NCBI GenBank assembly: GCA_965112155.1
Contig: OZ218102.1
DNA length: 64,000 nt
Reading direction: 5' to 3' (one strand)
From: Podarcis liolepis
Lineage: Eukaryota
The notes under the pieces are model-generated. The model saw nothing but the letters and a program-made list of their open reading frames with translations, made no database searches and was not told the DNA's origin. The translations under genes were made by a program, and so were the position numbers. Below are positions 19,701 through 32,416 of this stretch, one piece after another; within the stretch, counting starts at the first letter, position 1; the number at the start of each line of letters is the position of its first letter.

Positions 19701-20348
19701 TGTATAAGAACTTTTAAAACTTGTTGAGAATCTCCTCAATCTCTTCCCCATCTCCTGGGTGCCCAGCATTTGATTCCAAAAATCCTTGTAGTTGGGCATG
19801 GCCCAGAGATGTTCCTAGACTTCAACTAACGTCATCTCATTGACCATGCTTGTTGGGGTTGATGGGATTGGGGGTCTAACAATACCTGGAGAGTTGCAGG
19901 TTCCTTCTCTCTGCTGTAACCTGTTCTTGGCTCCCCAATCCCATCAGCCCCAACAAGCATAGTCAATGAGATGATGTAGGTTGAAGTCTAGTAACATCAG
20001 GAAGACCACAGGTTTTTCTACCCTTGGATTAGATCTTGGCGGGCTTCAGGAGGAGCAGAGCAAAGAGCATCCCATGCATGATAGTTATGGTGAAGTAGGC
20101 CACTGTTCCACTATATGTAGAGGGAGATGGTGGTAAGAACAATGCTCACAGCTGTCATTGTTAAGCTGCTGCATTGCTCTCTCATTACGCACTTCCGTCT
20201 ATCTCAGCTAAACATTTGTGTGTGTGTGCACGTGCATGCTATGGAGGAAGCACAACAACTATACTGTGCACTGTGTTGTTGTAGCAGCTTTTGAAATGAA
20301 CTGGGGCTGAGCTCAGCAGCCTGGCTTTGCACAAATGTATGCCTACTT

Positions 20349-20583
20349 CAGGCACGTCCAACTCCCAAGAGACTGCAATCTACTCCCACTATAAAAAAAC
20401 TGGCAGTGATCTACCCATTGGTTGACCAAAGGTGTTGAGCTTTTTGGGGGGAGAATTCACCAAAGTTATTGAGCTTTGGGCTTGGGGGGGGGGGAATGCA
20501 CAGGATTGTGTGCTCAACCAGGATCGACCAGGGATGCACCAAGATCGACTGGTAGATCACGATCGATCTGTTGGACATGCCTT
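20349..20583 (+). mobile_element. hAT-type MITE (GATCGAC-rich family)
   Basis: TIRs CAGGCACGTCCAAC / GTTGGACATGCCTT; degenerate 8-bp TSD GCCTACTT / ACCTCCTT. A related copy in the opposite orientation is at 38609-38981. Confidence 0.7.
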
Positions 20584-20866
20584 ACCTCCTTCAAGCATGC
20601 TGACATGGTGAAGATGATGCTGCTTTTAGTCAGAAAAATATGCATCTTCGACTTAACAAAAAATACTGTTTCCCAAATTTTATTTTTAGTTGGTTTTTCC
20701 ACAAACACAGATATACTAGCAACTGTCCCAGAGCATCTCCCGTGCCATGATAAATTGGCAACAAAGCCTCTCTGCACATGCGCACGCACACACTGTAGGT
20801 TGAAATGTTGCCACCTCTTGCATATGGGTAGGTTATCCGACATAGTACGTGAACCTGGAATGCAGA

Positions 20867-20940
20867 GAACATAAGAAGGATCCAGATCAAGCAGGCCACA
20901 AGACAGTCTCCTTTTTCTCATAGTGGTCAACCAGATGATG
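20867..20940 (-). mobile_element. CR1-like 3' end remnant (AGAACATAAGAA...), probably continuing at ~21225-21330
   Basis: Recalled CATAAGAAGAGCCTGCTGGATCAG motif; a similar remnant is at 40159-40220. Confidence 0.45.
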
Positions 20941-20993
20941 ATAAACAACAGCAACAACATTCTATTAGTCACCTTCCACAAACATTTCAAGAC

Positions 20994-21126
20994 TAGGGTT
21001 GCCATACATCGGAAACAGTGTCTGGGCAGAAATCACTGATATGTCTGGGTTGTGTAGATTGGGGGAGGGGGAGAGCTCAACAACTTTTGTGTCTGGATTT
21101 TCACCCTTTGAAATATGGCAACCCTA
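20994..21126. mobile_element. hAT-type MITE (TAGGGTTGCCA TIR)
   Basis: TIRs TAGGGTTGCCATA / TATGGCAACCCTA; degenerate TSD TTCAAGAC / CTCAAGAT. Confidence 0.75.
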
Positions 21127-22368
21127 CTCAAGATGATGTCAGATCTCAACATGTATGTTCTTCCAGAGAACGGGGGCAGCTGCACTAAAGGACCTGCTCC
21201 AAGTTACTTGGATTCCTGGTGAAAGTCCCAAAGCATGAAATGCAGGCAATAACCCCCTCCTGCTGATGTCCCCCAGCACCTGGCATTCAGGGAAAGCTGC
21301 CTCTGATCCTGGGGATATGGCTTGAATGTGCATGCAAAGTTTTACTGCTATACTGCACCTCAATTTGCACAATAGCAACGTGGTTGCAGAATGTAGTTTC
21401 TAGGCAGATCTGACTTGTGACATGGACTTTGCAGATCCAAATATTTGTTTCCCATTCTATAGAAGCAATGCAAACTAATTCCAAAGGGATACTAGCCTCC
21501 TGGTTGCTTGATATACTGCAGTCTGCCTGCATTTGACATGAATCCCAACTCAAGTCAGACAGCCCAAGACACGATTTATCCACTTAGTCTACAAGTAAGT
21601 GGATCATTTCCAGACATAATTGTTTGTAAAGCAGGAATGTTGCATAAGCCTCAATGGACTTAGCAATAGATTGTCAAGTCATGACAGCAGGCCACAATAG
21701 ACACCCCAAGGTCCACTGGCATTTCAGCACAAGCCATTTCTGTCCATATCAGTCTAAGTGTCAGGTTGGTGCAATTTGCATTGGGGGGATAGATGTCATC
21801 TGGTCTGGTGGGCTCTAATGGACTTAGGCCAGCTGTTCTCATTGGATGTGGATTCTTGAAAAGCCCCAAACCTGTAGTATGTGCTTCTGACCCTGAGGGA
21901 AGCCCCAAGGCTGTTGTGGTTGGAAGGAAAAGCAGAAGACACTGAAAGAAACAACTAGGAGTTCGCTAGAAAATGCCACTGAGGGGGCAATGTGTGTGCA
22001 AAAGGAATGTGGGTCTTTGTAAAAACAGACAGATCACAATGGCTCAGATTTGTGAGTTTTTTGGATCCCCCCCTCTTTTAAACTGTACTTAATATTTTAT
22101 AATGTATAGCAATTTCTAATGTGTCATAGCACAGAAATCAAATTAACCATAGCATCTGTTCACCTGGGCTTTTGAAACAGGAATGTTGACTGGAATTCCA
22201 GCAGCTGGTATTGTTTGGGTGGTTTTTTTGAGATGCAATTTTAGATGTTTTTAATTATTATATGGATTAATACTTTCTATGTTGCACACCACCCTGGGCT
22301 CTTATAGCAGTAAGAGGAATGTAGAAATACAGAAAAATCATAACATGGTGATTTTTTTTAAACCATAT

Positions 22369-22487
22369 GGGTGGTATTCAACTATGTTTTACTCAGAGTA
22401 AAGCTATCAAAATTAATGGGTACAAGTTAGTTGTGTTCATTAATTCCAGTGGGTCTACTCTGAGTAAAACTTTGTTGAATTCCACTC
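22369..22487. mobile_element. 119-bp palindromic MITE
   Basis: Arms GGGTGGTATTCAAC..GTTTTACTCAGAGTA / TACTCTGAGTAAAAC..GTTGAATTCCACTC, flanked by TAT on both sides. Confidence 0.7.
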
Positions 22488-23239
22488 TATACATGCTTAA
22501 TTAAATGTGAATAGTCCATAAATTATATGCCTAGGAAGACTTTTAGGAAATTATATGCCTAGGTCTAGAACATCAGGCAGCTCGTAGAGCACATTAAGTT
22601 ACTTTTTGTATGTGTTACACCCTTCCGACCTCCTGCCCTCCCTCCTGCATGACCTCACTGCATCTTGAAGAAGAGGGTCAGTGCTAGGAGGGAGATGGTA
22701 TTCTTCCACAAACTAAATCTAGTCCAAGGACTTCCAGTTTTTGAATCCTATGCCAGAAGTTCTCTTTTGAAACAAATAGTTAAGATGCTTAGATTTGCAT
22801 GAATTACATTCAGATAACATTTTATTGCTCTTTGCCACCAAACTTTTGAAATGCAGTTATAGGTATTAGGAATACTTTGATGCAGATGTGCTTTGCAGAA
22901 CCCATATGAGATGGTTTTTGTGAGACGATCAAGTCTATTAGAGACCTCTGATATCTCTGGACAGCCTTTGACTCACTCCACAATACCTGCTCTCTGCTCC
23001 CTTCCTTCTATAACTTCCACACTTTTCTGAACCCTGCTCTTTTGTCTCCTCCTAGTCCCATCTTCTCCTCTTGATGCATTGACCTTCCTCCCTCTCATCT
23101 TCCACTTCTTCAACAAAGCCCCTTCTTGAGATTCCTGCCCTCTCTCTTCTTATCAATTGCCATTTGACATTCCCCAGCTCCAGTGTTTAGGGTCAGTTCC
23201 TGATCTTCTTCCCTGTCTCAGCACATTCTGCCTAATGAA

Positions 23240-23340
23240 TACTGTAAGCTCCTTTGAACAAGGACCTCATACCATCTGTGTTGTGTACAGAACCTAGCAT
23301 CTGCATACATGCTTCATCATACCAGCAGTTATTATTAGCT
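23240..23340 (+). mobile_element. Ancient L2-type 3' end remnant
   Basis: ACTGTAAGCTCCTTTGAACAAGGAC..TGTACAGAACCTAGCA resembles the conserved amniote L2 terminus; CT-rich sequence lies upstream. Confidence 0.45.
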
Positions 23341-24303
23341 ATTCTACTCCATTCTTGAGAATGAAAGACTTCAAATAAGCTTTGACTCAGACTTTTGCTG
23401 TTAGATATCCATGCAGGCAGTAGGCTTTGTAGATCTGTCAATATTTAGGATATCACACAGCCCGAAGCTTTCAAAGAAAGGTCACACCAATTCATTGATG
23501 TCGAAAAATATATGTATGCTGAAACGGTAGTAGGACTACTTCTTGTTAACATGGAATCCTGGTATCTTTAACGAGAGGAATAACTGCTACTTACAGCCTT
23601 ATCGTGGGATTCTTCTGACGTGGCCAAAAAGCATTTGCAACTTCACAAGGCATAGTGAAGGAAATGAAGGAAATGCTGTGTTCCATTATCACAGGTATAT
23701 TGATTGGCAGAAAAGCGTAGGATCAACGTGTTAAGAACAGGCTTGCCTGGTTTGTGGCCCACTCTAACAATTGTAGCTCTGGAATGAGAAAAGCCACCCC
23801 CCCTTTATTAATCTCAGAACCTTTAATAAGCTGCAGCTCCCAGAATTCTTTGGGGGAAGCCATGACCATTTAAAATGGTTTCAATGCATTGTGGTATGTG
23901 GCCATCATTACAATGAAATCCTAACACCATGCCTACCTACACAGAAGAAAGTCCTGTTGAATTCAGTGGGGCTCACTCCCAAGTAAGTAGGGTTAGGATT
24001 GCAGCCATAGGTACATTTAAGACTCTATTGAATGAACTTTATTATTATTATTATTATTTCTTCTTCTAGGATAGCAGTTCCACCTTACGCTGTTGCATTA
24101 TATTAACTGCAAATCTTGAGCTTGATCCTGCCAAAGTGAAAAGTAGCTTTCCCAATACTTTTGACCAGAGAATGTTAACTGTAGCTTGGTCCCATCAATT
24201 ATTATCTGGATGTGATCTTTCCAACAAAAGCACGAACATTCAGCCTGAATGTGAAGTATCTTTTCCATCACTCCAGTGTCTTGCTGCTTGTTAATTGTCA
24301 CCA

Positions 24304-24340
<37 letters not shown>

Positions 24341-25268
24341 TCATCTAAATGAACTGGTTTTTTAAGATTGTGCTTGTTCAGTTTCTACAACCCACGCAAC
24401 TTTGGATAATTATGGCCACTAGACATCTACATGAAAACTTTTGCAGTCGTATGACCACTAATTATAAGCCGTCATTTTCCCTGCCTATTTTCGAAACAGA
24501 TGGGGAAAGTCAAAATGTTAAGTAGCTTCATCTTCTCCACAGGGCTCTTTTGAAAACTATAAACTTCTGGATAGCATCCAGCTTTCCTCTAAGGCATTAC
24601 TTCTTGTGTTTCGCCCCTGTCGTGTGGAGGGCAACACAAAAGCAAAGTTAAGCAGGACTCTGCTTAATCGGCACAGCTCTCTCTCTCTCTCTCCCCCCCC
24701 CCCTGCCTTGGCTCAGCAGAGGTGTGTTACTCAAAGTGGGTTAATGTTTTCAGTATATGTTGGGTTCTAAAATTAAAGCCTGAAATTGTTGGCGATTTTC
24801 AAGCTTGTCAGTGTTTATCCGTTCAAGGGCTTACTCACAGCCTTTGCAGCAGGCTTTGCACATTCTGATTCTGTGCATCTTTGTAGCTGTCCAAACGGAG
24901 GATAGTTTTCAAGTCTTTTCCTTTTTTAAAAAGATGGAATTAGAGTAAAAGATGTGCCGAGCTTGCACGAAAGAGATGCTGTGAAAGACGTTTGCATAAT
25001 AATGTACATTCATAATGTTGGAATTGAACTTCATGATGGAATTGACGAATAGTCAAATCTGACATGGCTCTGTTGTTCTGATTAAGTTACTGGGGGAATT
25101 TACCTTCACAGTACTATAGAATGATTCCATTCCTATTGGGTGCTGCAAGGTGTGGTGACATAAAATGAAGACCAGCACCATGCCCTCCTGTTGAGAAATG
25201 GGGAGGTCATATGTAGTTGTGTCTAAGTTAACTATTCTGTATGTATTCATGTTTAAGTTCACCAATAA

Positions 25269-25551
25269 TAGCTCAGTTGGTTAGAGCAGTGTTTCCCAAC
25301 CTTGGGCCTCCAGCTGTTTTTGAACTACAATTCCCATCATCCCTGACCACTGGTCTTGCTAGCTAGGGATGATGGGAGTTGTAGTCCAAAAACAGCTGGA
25401 GGCCCAAGGTTGGGAAACACTGGGTTAGAGCATGGTGCTGAAAATGTCAAGGGTGCAGGATCAATCCCTGCATGGGACATTTGCATATTCCCACATTGCA
25501 GGGAGTTAGACAATATGATCCTTTGGGGCCTTACAACTCTATGATTCTGTG
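25269..25551 (+). mobile_element. tRNA-Ile-derived SINE with CR1-like tail, interrupted by a hAT MITE
   Basis: TAGCTCAGTTGGTTAGAG|CATGGTGCTG..AAGG.TGCAGG.TCAATCCC resembles tRNA-Ile. Tail CATTGCAGGGAGTTAGAC..CAACTCTATGATTCTGTG. Confidence 0.75.
25287..25422. mobile_element. 136-bp palindromic hAT MITE
   Basis: Long TIRs CAGTGTTTCCCAACCTTGGGCCTCCAGCTGTTTTTG / ..AAAAACAGCTGGAGGCCCAAGGTTGGGAAACACTG; perfect 8-bp TSD GGTTAGAG. Confidence 0.92.
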
Positions 25552-28108
25552 TTAGAGATGGAAACCTTCTACTGAGTTTGGACAAACTCACAGATGCTGG
25601 ATTCTCAAAGCATTCTTATCCCTGCTTATCAGTACTTTTTGGTTTGTGTATGAGCTTGCTTCCAGACTACAAGGGATCACTATTGCCACCTGGCCATCCT
25701 TCTCATCTGCTATACATTCTCCCCAGTGCCATTATTCTATCTAATTGGAATTCCTTTAATGGAAACTGTAACAGAGAAAAGATGGATGATGCAGCTCCAA
25801 ATGGAATGGTCAGCAGGTGAAATGTTGGCATTGATCTCTACCAGCTGCACAGCTTCGATTATGATGGCCTGCAGTATGTATTTAATAGGCATTAATGTCT
25901 CTTGCTTATTGCTTTACTGAGGTATTACACAAGATACATTGGTAGCCTCCCTCCAACCCACCCACCCATATATTTTCCATTTCTGTTTGGCGTTTGGTAA
26001 ACCTGAGATTAGCATTACTGGTTTTAAATGGAGTATGCTGTGCTAATTATTTTTCTTCCAACTAACCACAGTGGCTTCCTCAATTGCTGATGTGGTATTT
26101 GGGAGTCAGTGATCCTTAAATGTCAGCTTAAGGATCGAGCTGCAAGGCTTCAGTCCTTTGGCTGCAGATCTTGTTTTCCCCCCAACTGTCTTCATACTGT
26201 TAGTCTAGCTGGTAAGAAAGTAGGAGAGGTTAAAGATTGTCCTGTACTGCTTTAATGAGAGAGAGATGAAAGTAACACAAGTTAAACTAATGCCACTTTA
26301 TTAATAACTAACAGCTTCATAACATTGCTTTGGAATTATAAGACTCCCCCCCCAAAAAAAAAAATCAGTGCAGTTTTGAAATTAGTGATTAAAATTAGTG
26401 AAGTTTTGAAAGTTTCAAGCCACTATCCGGACTCAAAATGGTATCCAAGTGTCTCCATAGATAAAAAAAACACTCCTTGATCTCAGCACCATACAAACTG
26501 TGGTTGTGATAACTTAAGAAGTATCCAAATGCATAACAAACAAGCAAATTTGTCTCATTAGAGGAGCCCTTTGAAAGCTCCTCTCTTCCCACAGAAATGC
26601 TTATGGGTCTCTCTTAGGTCACTGGTTAGGCGCCATCCTCCCTGTTCTGCCTAGCTTTGGTGCTAGTTCCATGTATTCATTTCTGCTCCTCCGTAATCCT
26701 TTCCTTTTGCAAATGGAATAGGAATAAAAATGACTAAATAAATGGAATTATAACCTACTATTGAAGAGTATATTTGAAAAAAAATCACTCAACTGACCCA
26801 TCCACATCAACATGCTGAACAACAAAAAAGGGGGATGAATCTGGAAGAGTGCAAAGATAAGCAGTCAAAAAATGGAAATAAGAAAGAAGCTAATGAATTC
26901 AAAGGGAATGGGCAAGACAGGAAGGAAACTGGTAGGGTATGTATGGTCCCTTAAACTGTGCAGGAGGTGTTGTTAGGGGCATATCACTGCACAAAGAAAT
27001 ATGAGAAGACCTGCCATGTGGATGCCCTGGAATTTTGATACTGCAGGACAGGGCTGAAAAACTCGTGGTCCTCCAAATGTTGCTGGTCTGCAACCCCATC
27101 AACCCATGAACCTTAACCTTGTTGACTGGGGATGAAAGGATTTGGGGTCCCACACTACCTGGAGGGCCACAGGTTTCCCTGCTCTGGTGTAAGAGAAGAG
27201 AGGAGTTGTGATTTCAATGAATACATAGACTCCCTTGATTTGATGTCCCGCTTTATGCTGCCTCAGAGGCCAGTGCCCATTGTGAAATACTGCTCTTGGT
27301 AGCTAATGGTGAGAGACAGCTTCAAGACACAGAGGACACAGTTACACCACCATTAGACACCTCTTCTTATTTTAATGGGAGAAATTTTTGACTGGACTGT
27401 GAAGAAAGAAATTCCATATAACAGGGTGGAATGTAGTAACACTTCTGATGGATAGGGCATACAGTCCTTGCATGCATTGACCATAATCCCATGAAGGTCA
27501 CTAAGATATTTCGGTAGAAAAAGACCATAATAGTGGATGTTTGCTCCATATATTATGGTGAATGACAAGAGTGTCCAATTGCAGCTACTTCCTTCAGAAC
27601 ACATTTTCTGTATCAATTTCAGTGTTCTGTACCTTCTCAGCTAGAGCAGGCAAAGCATGACAACTATTATTAATCTTGGGACTTTCCCTCTTTTCTTTCG
27701 AAAGCATGCATATTGAAATGTACCCACATCCAGTGATTTCCCAGGAGAGTAAACCATCAGCTGAAAGCAGCTGTGTGGCCAGGAACCAGCAGAAGTTTGC
27801 ACATTGACACCATCTGAAACTTTCCCTAATGCTCACTTTTTAATTCTTAAAAAAGAAAAAAAAGTATGTTGCTTATTAGATGAAGCACAGTTGGTGTGCT
27901 GTTGCTGGAGAAGAAAAAGAACAGCTATAAAGTGGAAGGAACAAAGGGTTTAGAAATTGCAGCCTGAAGGTTGTTGCCCTCATTCCTTAGAGGAATCTTG
28001 TATGGTCTCCTGGTTTCATATATTATAGGATAGAAGGGGGGGCGGGAATCCTCTACATTCAAAATTTAGCAACATTTCAGAATCAGGATTTTACTCAGCT
28101 TAATGCCT

Positions 28109-28591
28109 TTTTGTTGTTGTTGTTTAGTCGTTTAGTCGTGTCCGACTCTTCGTGACCCCATGGACCAGAGCATGCCAGGCACTCCTGTTTTCCACTGCCT
28201 CCCACAATTTGGTCAAACTCAGGCTGGTAGCTTCGAGAACACTGTCCAACCATCTCATCCTCTGGCGTCCCCTTCTCCTTGTGCCCCCCATCTTTCCCAA
28301 CTTCAGGGTCTTTTCCAGGGAGTCTTCCCTTCTCATGAGGCAGCCAAAGTATTGGAGCCTCAGCTTCACGATCTGTCCTTCCAGTGAGCACCCAGGGCTG
28401 ATTTCCTTAAGAATGGATAGGTTTGATCTTCTTGCAGGCCATGAGACTTTCAAGAGTCTCTTCCAGCACCATAATTCAAAAGCACCAATTATTCGGCGAT
28501 CAGCCTTCTTTATGGTCCAGCTCTCACTTCCATGCATTACTACTGGGAAAACCATAGCTTTTACTATACGGACCTTTGTTGGCAAGGTGAT
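28109..28591 (-). mobile_element. RTE-BovB LINE 3' fragment
   Basis: ORF 28124-28585: TKVRIVKAMVFPVVM.GSESWTIKKA..FELWCW.RLL..LKLQYFG..EKTL.LGK..G.RRRGRQR.RWLD..VHGVTKSRTRLND; (CAA)n tail. Confidence 0.95.
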
Positions 28592-30075
28592 TTTTTTTTT
28601 TTTTTTTGTGCCTTATAGCACACTCCTAACTATTCAGTGCGGCTTAATTCAAGTAAGTGGGGTTTGGACTGCAGCCTTAGTCACTTACAGCTAACATATG
28701 CCATTCCCCTTATTAAGTTTACTAGTTTTGTACTCAGACACAACAATTTCAGCTTGTACTCTGATAAGACTCTTTGGCTGCATCCGTTTCCAAAGGTCCC
28801 TCTCCTAGTTTTGGTTTTCATGATGAGTTCAATTATGTAACCTGAAGCATAAAAGAGGAGCATTTAGAAGTTGCAATTTCTAGAGTCTGGGTGTTGAATA
28901 GGGATGGGGTTCTCTGTTTGTCTTTTGATCACATCCCCCCCCCCATTGGGGTTCACATTTTCCTGCAAATTTATGAGTCTGGCAACCCCTCAAAGCCTTT
29001 CTCTCTGGCCCCAGACCACAATCCTTTCCTGGCCGCATTCCCTCTTCTTAGAGCACATCCTTGACATCCTCCTAGAAGATTTTTGCCTGGCTGGAGTGTG
29101 TCCTCAAACACTGGTAATGCTTCTCACTTGGCTAGATGGAAGATGCAGGTGTCTTTGTGTGGGTCTGCGGAAAAATTAGCCTACTGTAAGAAGCTAAAAT
29201 TCACATTCATTGCTATGCCCACTTTCATCTCTGACCCTGCCCCCCACTACCATATGGCAGCCATTAGCCCTTCAAACAAGTTCGTACAACCCCATAGATT
29301 TCAATAGGCTTAGCACTCTTCAGTTCCCCCAGCTGGAAATTTACTGATGATGAGAAAGATATACATCTTGCTAAGTCCTGTGCATTTGAAAGCAGCATTT
29401 TAAAATATTAGGCACTATAGATAATTGCATCCAAAGGGGAGGCAGGTGGGCCTTATTTATTTGCAACATTTCTTAAAATGATGTCTTCCATGTGAAAATG
29501 ATTCTTCCGAGGTAACGTCACTTTTTGTACAGTAAAATTAAGCTGAGGCTGTCCATCAACTTGACGTGCTGTAAATTGCAAGTTAAAAACAGTTCCAAAG
29601 CTGTGCATACATATATATAGCAGATACCAGTTGAGCACATTAGAGATGCCAGAATCCATATTGTGAACAATATTGTGTGAAAATCTAGGACTGTTGCCTG
29701 TCACAGCTGTGAAAGTTCAAATATGATTTTTACGCTTAATGAATGTTCCGTTTGGGTGTCATTAGTATCTGGACAGCAAGAAGTGTGTCTGTGTCAGTTC
29801 AGTAACTTGTTAATTCCAACCCACCCCCACCAAAGCTTGAAATGCCTTTGTGAAGTTACTGCAGCTCTAGTGTGAGTGTGAGGTCATGTTCGGGGGCATT
29901 AGTACCACTTCAGTAAACTTTGAAGCTGACTTGGAGAGTCCTGCTCAGGAAAATTATCTTCAGCGTTTCAAGAGAAGTAAAAAAGTGTCATGAAAAGATG
30001 AGTAACATCTCCTAGCAAGATCCAACAACAGGCTTTGAATGAGGAGGTGTAACGGGCTGCTCTTCTCTGCCAATA

Positions 30076-30303
30076 CAGTGGTGCCTCTGGTTAAGTACTT
30101 CATTCGTTCCGGAGATCCGTTCTTAACCTGAACCACCACTTTAGCTAATGGGGTCTCCTGCTGCTACCGCTGCGCCGAAGGAGCACGATTTCTGTCCTCA
30201 TCCTGAAGCAAAGTTCTTAACCCGAGGCAATATTTCTGGGTTAGCCAAATCTGTAACCTGAAGTGTATGTAACCTGAAGCCTATGTAACCTGAGGTACCA
30301 CTG
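30076..30303 (+). mobile_element. Tc1/mariner (Tigger/pogo-like) MITE
   Basis: TA-CAGTGGTGCCTC..GAGGTACCACTG-TA. Confidence 0.9.
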
Positions 30304-30390
30304 TAAGATATTTGAGGTGGTATTCACACTCAATCCAAATAATTATTCCCAGTCAATGAATTATCGGGGGGGGGGGAGAGGATAGTTTTA

Positions 30391-30635
30391 CAGTGGTACC
30401 TCGGGTTAAGTACTTAATTCATTCTGGAGGTCTGTTCTTAACCTGAAACTGTTCTTAACCTGAAGCACCACTTTAGCTAATGGGGCCTCCTGCTGCTACC
30501 GCTGCACCGAAGGAGCATGATTTCTGTTCTCATCCTGAAGCAAAGTTCTTAACCTGAGGTACTATTTCTGGGTTAGCGGAGTCTGTAACCAGAAGCGTAT
30601 GTAACCTGAAGAGTATGCAACCCGAGGTACCACTG
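30391..30635 (+). mobile_element. Tc1/mariner MITE, same family
   Basis: TA-CAGTGGTACCTCGGGTT..AACCCGAGGTACCACTG-TA. Confidence 0.92.
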
Positions 30636-30678
30636 TATTTTGTTCTGTTGTGCTAGGAGCCAGCCCAAAGGTGTAAAC

Positions 30679-30814
30679 CAGGCATAGGCAAACTCATCCC
30701 TCCAGATATTTCAAGACTACAATTCCCATCATCCCTGACCACTGATCCTGTTAGCTAGGGATGATGGGAGTTGTAATCCCAAAACATCTGGAGGGCCGAG
30801 TTTGCCTATGCCTG
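30679..30814. mobile_element. 136-bp palindromic hAT MITE
   Basis: TIRs CAGGCATAGGCAAACT / AGTTTGCCTATGCCTG; perfect TSD GTGTAAAC. Confidence 0.92.
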
Positions 30815-32416
30815 GTGTAAACCAAGAGATGCTTTGGAAGCATCTGATCTTTGATCTCCTCCTCCAGAGAACCTATTTTTAAGCCCCGAAAATGGAGTAT
30901 CCCTATATTTTGATCAGACATCTGCTTTACCTTCTTGTTTACATGTGTATTGTTTGAAAAAGCATCTGAGACTTTTGATCAGCATGGGGGGGAAATGGCT
31001 CCTATGGAAAGATTTTTACATACAGAAAAAGCATATTTGGGTGATAAGAACAGATATGATTTTCAGACCAAAAAATGACACAGTGTAATCCTACATGTCT
31101 ACTAGAAAGTGAACCTATTGAGTTTAATGTGACAAAATCTCCAGTAAAAGGGGGTGGGACAGATTTACAGAATGTTTTTGTGCATCATGGCAACATTAAC
31201 AGTCATTATGGGTTATGAACTCTACCAGCAAAACCCAGCCAACATTAAGCATATTTTATGTACCAACCTCCCTACTGCCTTTCCTCTTCCCCCTTCTGGT
31301 AAGCCACAGCAATGTTGGTGCCAGGAGATAAGCTAAATACGACAACTCAAAAAAAGAAAAAGACCAAAAACATCAAATTGGGAGGCTGAAAGGGAACACT
31401 GACCCGCCAAATGGGAGTCGATTGTATCGGTGTCAAAACCAAGAAACACATTGGAAATATGGTTGTGTCTTGGGCTAAGTCTAAGCTGAAACAGGAAGTC
31501 TCTAATAGCCCTTCCTGTCTTGAAAGGCCCAGTGACAATTTGGGGTGGGTAGGGCCAGTCCAAAGCCTGAGAAAAATTTACTTCATTGCTCAGTCCAGGT
31601 AGATGCAGTTCTTTGGCTTACCACATAGGACAGCTATACACAGAATCCAAGGGCTCATGGAAAAGCTATTGGAAGCAACGGGAGTAAACAACTTTTAACG
31701 TTGACTAGATTGCATCCCTCTTGGTTTTTTTGATAGTATTTACATTAGCTGCCTTCCAGTTGTGTTCTTAAAGTGGAATTGGTGCAACTGCAAATAGAAT
31801 AACCCTTCAGATTATGCAAGCGGAAAGCAAACTGTGGTTTTGACCAAGGAGTCTTGCTTTACGGTGGTCAGTGGAGTCTTGGTGTTTGGTTTATTTACCA
31901 TTATATGGTATGAATGACCTTGCTGCTCCAGCTCTGCTGATTTTGAAACGCACTTCTTTTGCAATTATCTAAATGCCTTGCCTGTGCTTCCATGCTCAAT
32001 GAACCCTCAAAGGCCAGTTATTGTTCTGTGTATTTTGCTGCTGCGAATGTTATCCCCTAATAATTCTCAAAAATCAATCTTCCCTAAGTAATTTCCTCTA
32101 TTGATATTTGCTCTGAAAACACACGCACACACACTAAGAACAGGGGATTGGCTAGCCAAAGCTATACTTGCATCTATATCCTGCAGGAAGCTAGGATTTT
32201 GATTTGAATGTCTGTTCATCGCTGTGCACATTTGAGCTTGGCGTTTAGCATTTGTGTTTTCTTGGGAGTGTGTGGGTCTGGTTTAATTTGGTTTACTGCA
32301 TTTCATCATGCACCCCAATTGTGTGAAATTTCAATATCAGTTCCTATAGTTTCATGATGTGTTGCATTAACACAATACCAAGTTGTGGATGAGCTTACGA
32401 TGGTGCTTGGTAAATA

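Noticed and set aside
21976-21993. CTCF-like GCCACTGAGGGGGCAATG
   Set aside because: An extra base disrupts the core spacing, so it cannot be supported.
28591-28614. T-run and possible TGCCTT TSD at the BovB 5' junction
   Set aside because: The match is too short to call a TSD or an inverted poly-A with confidence.
28152-28694. 180-aa plus-strand ORF (and 46005-46322)
   Set aside because: Antisense frame of BovB.
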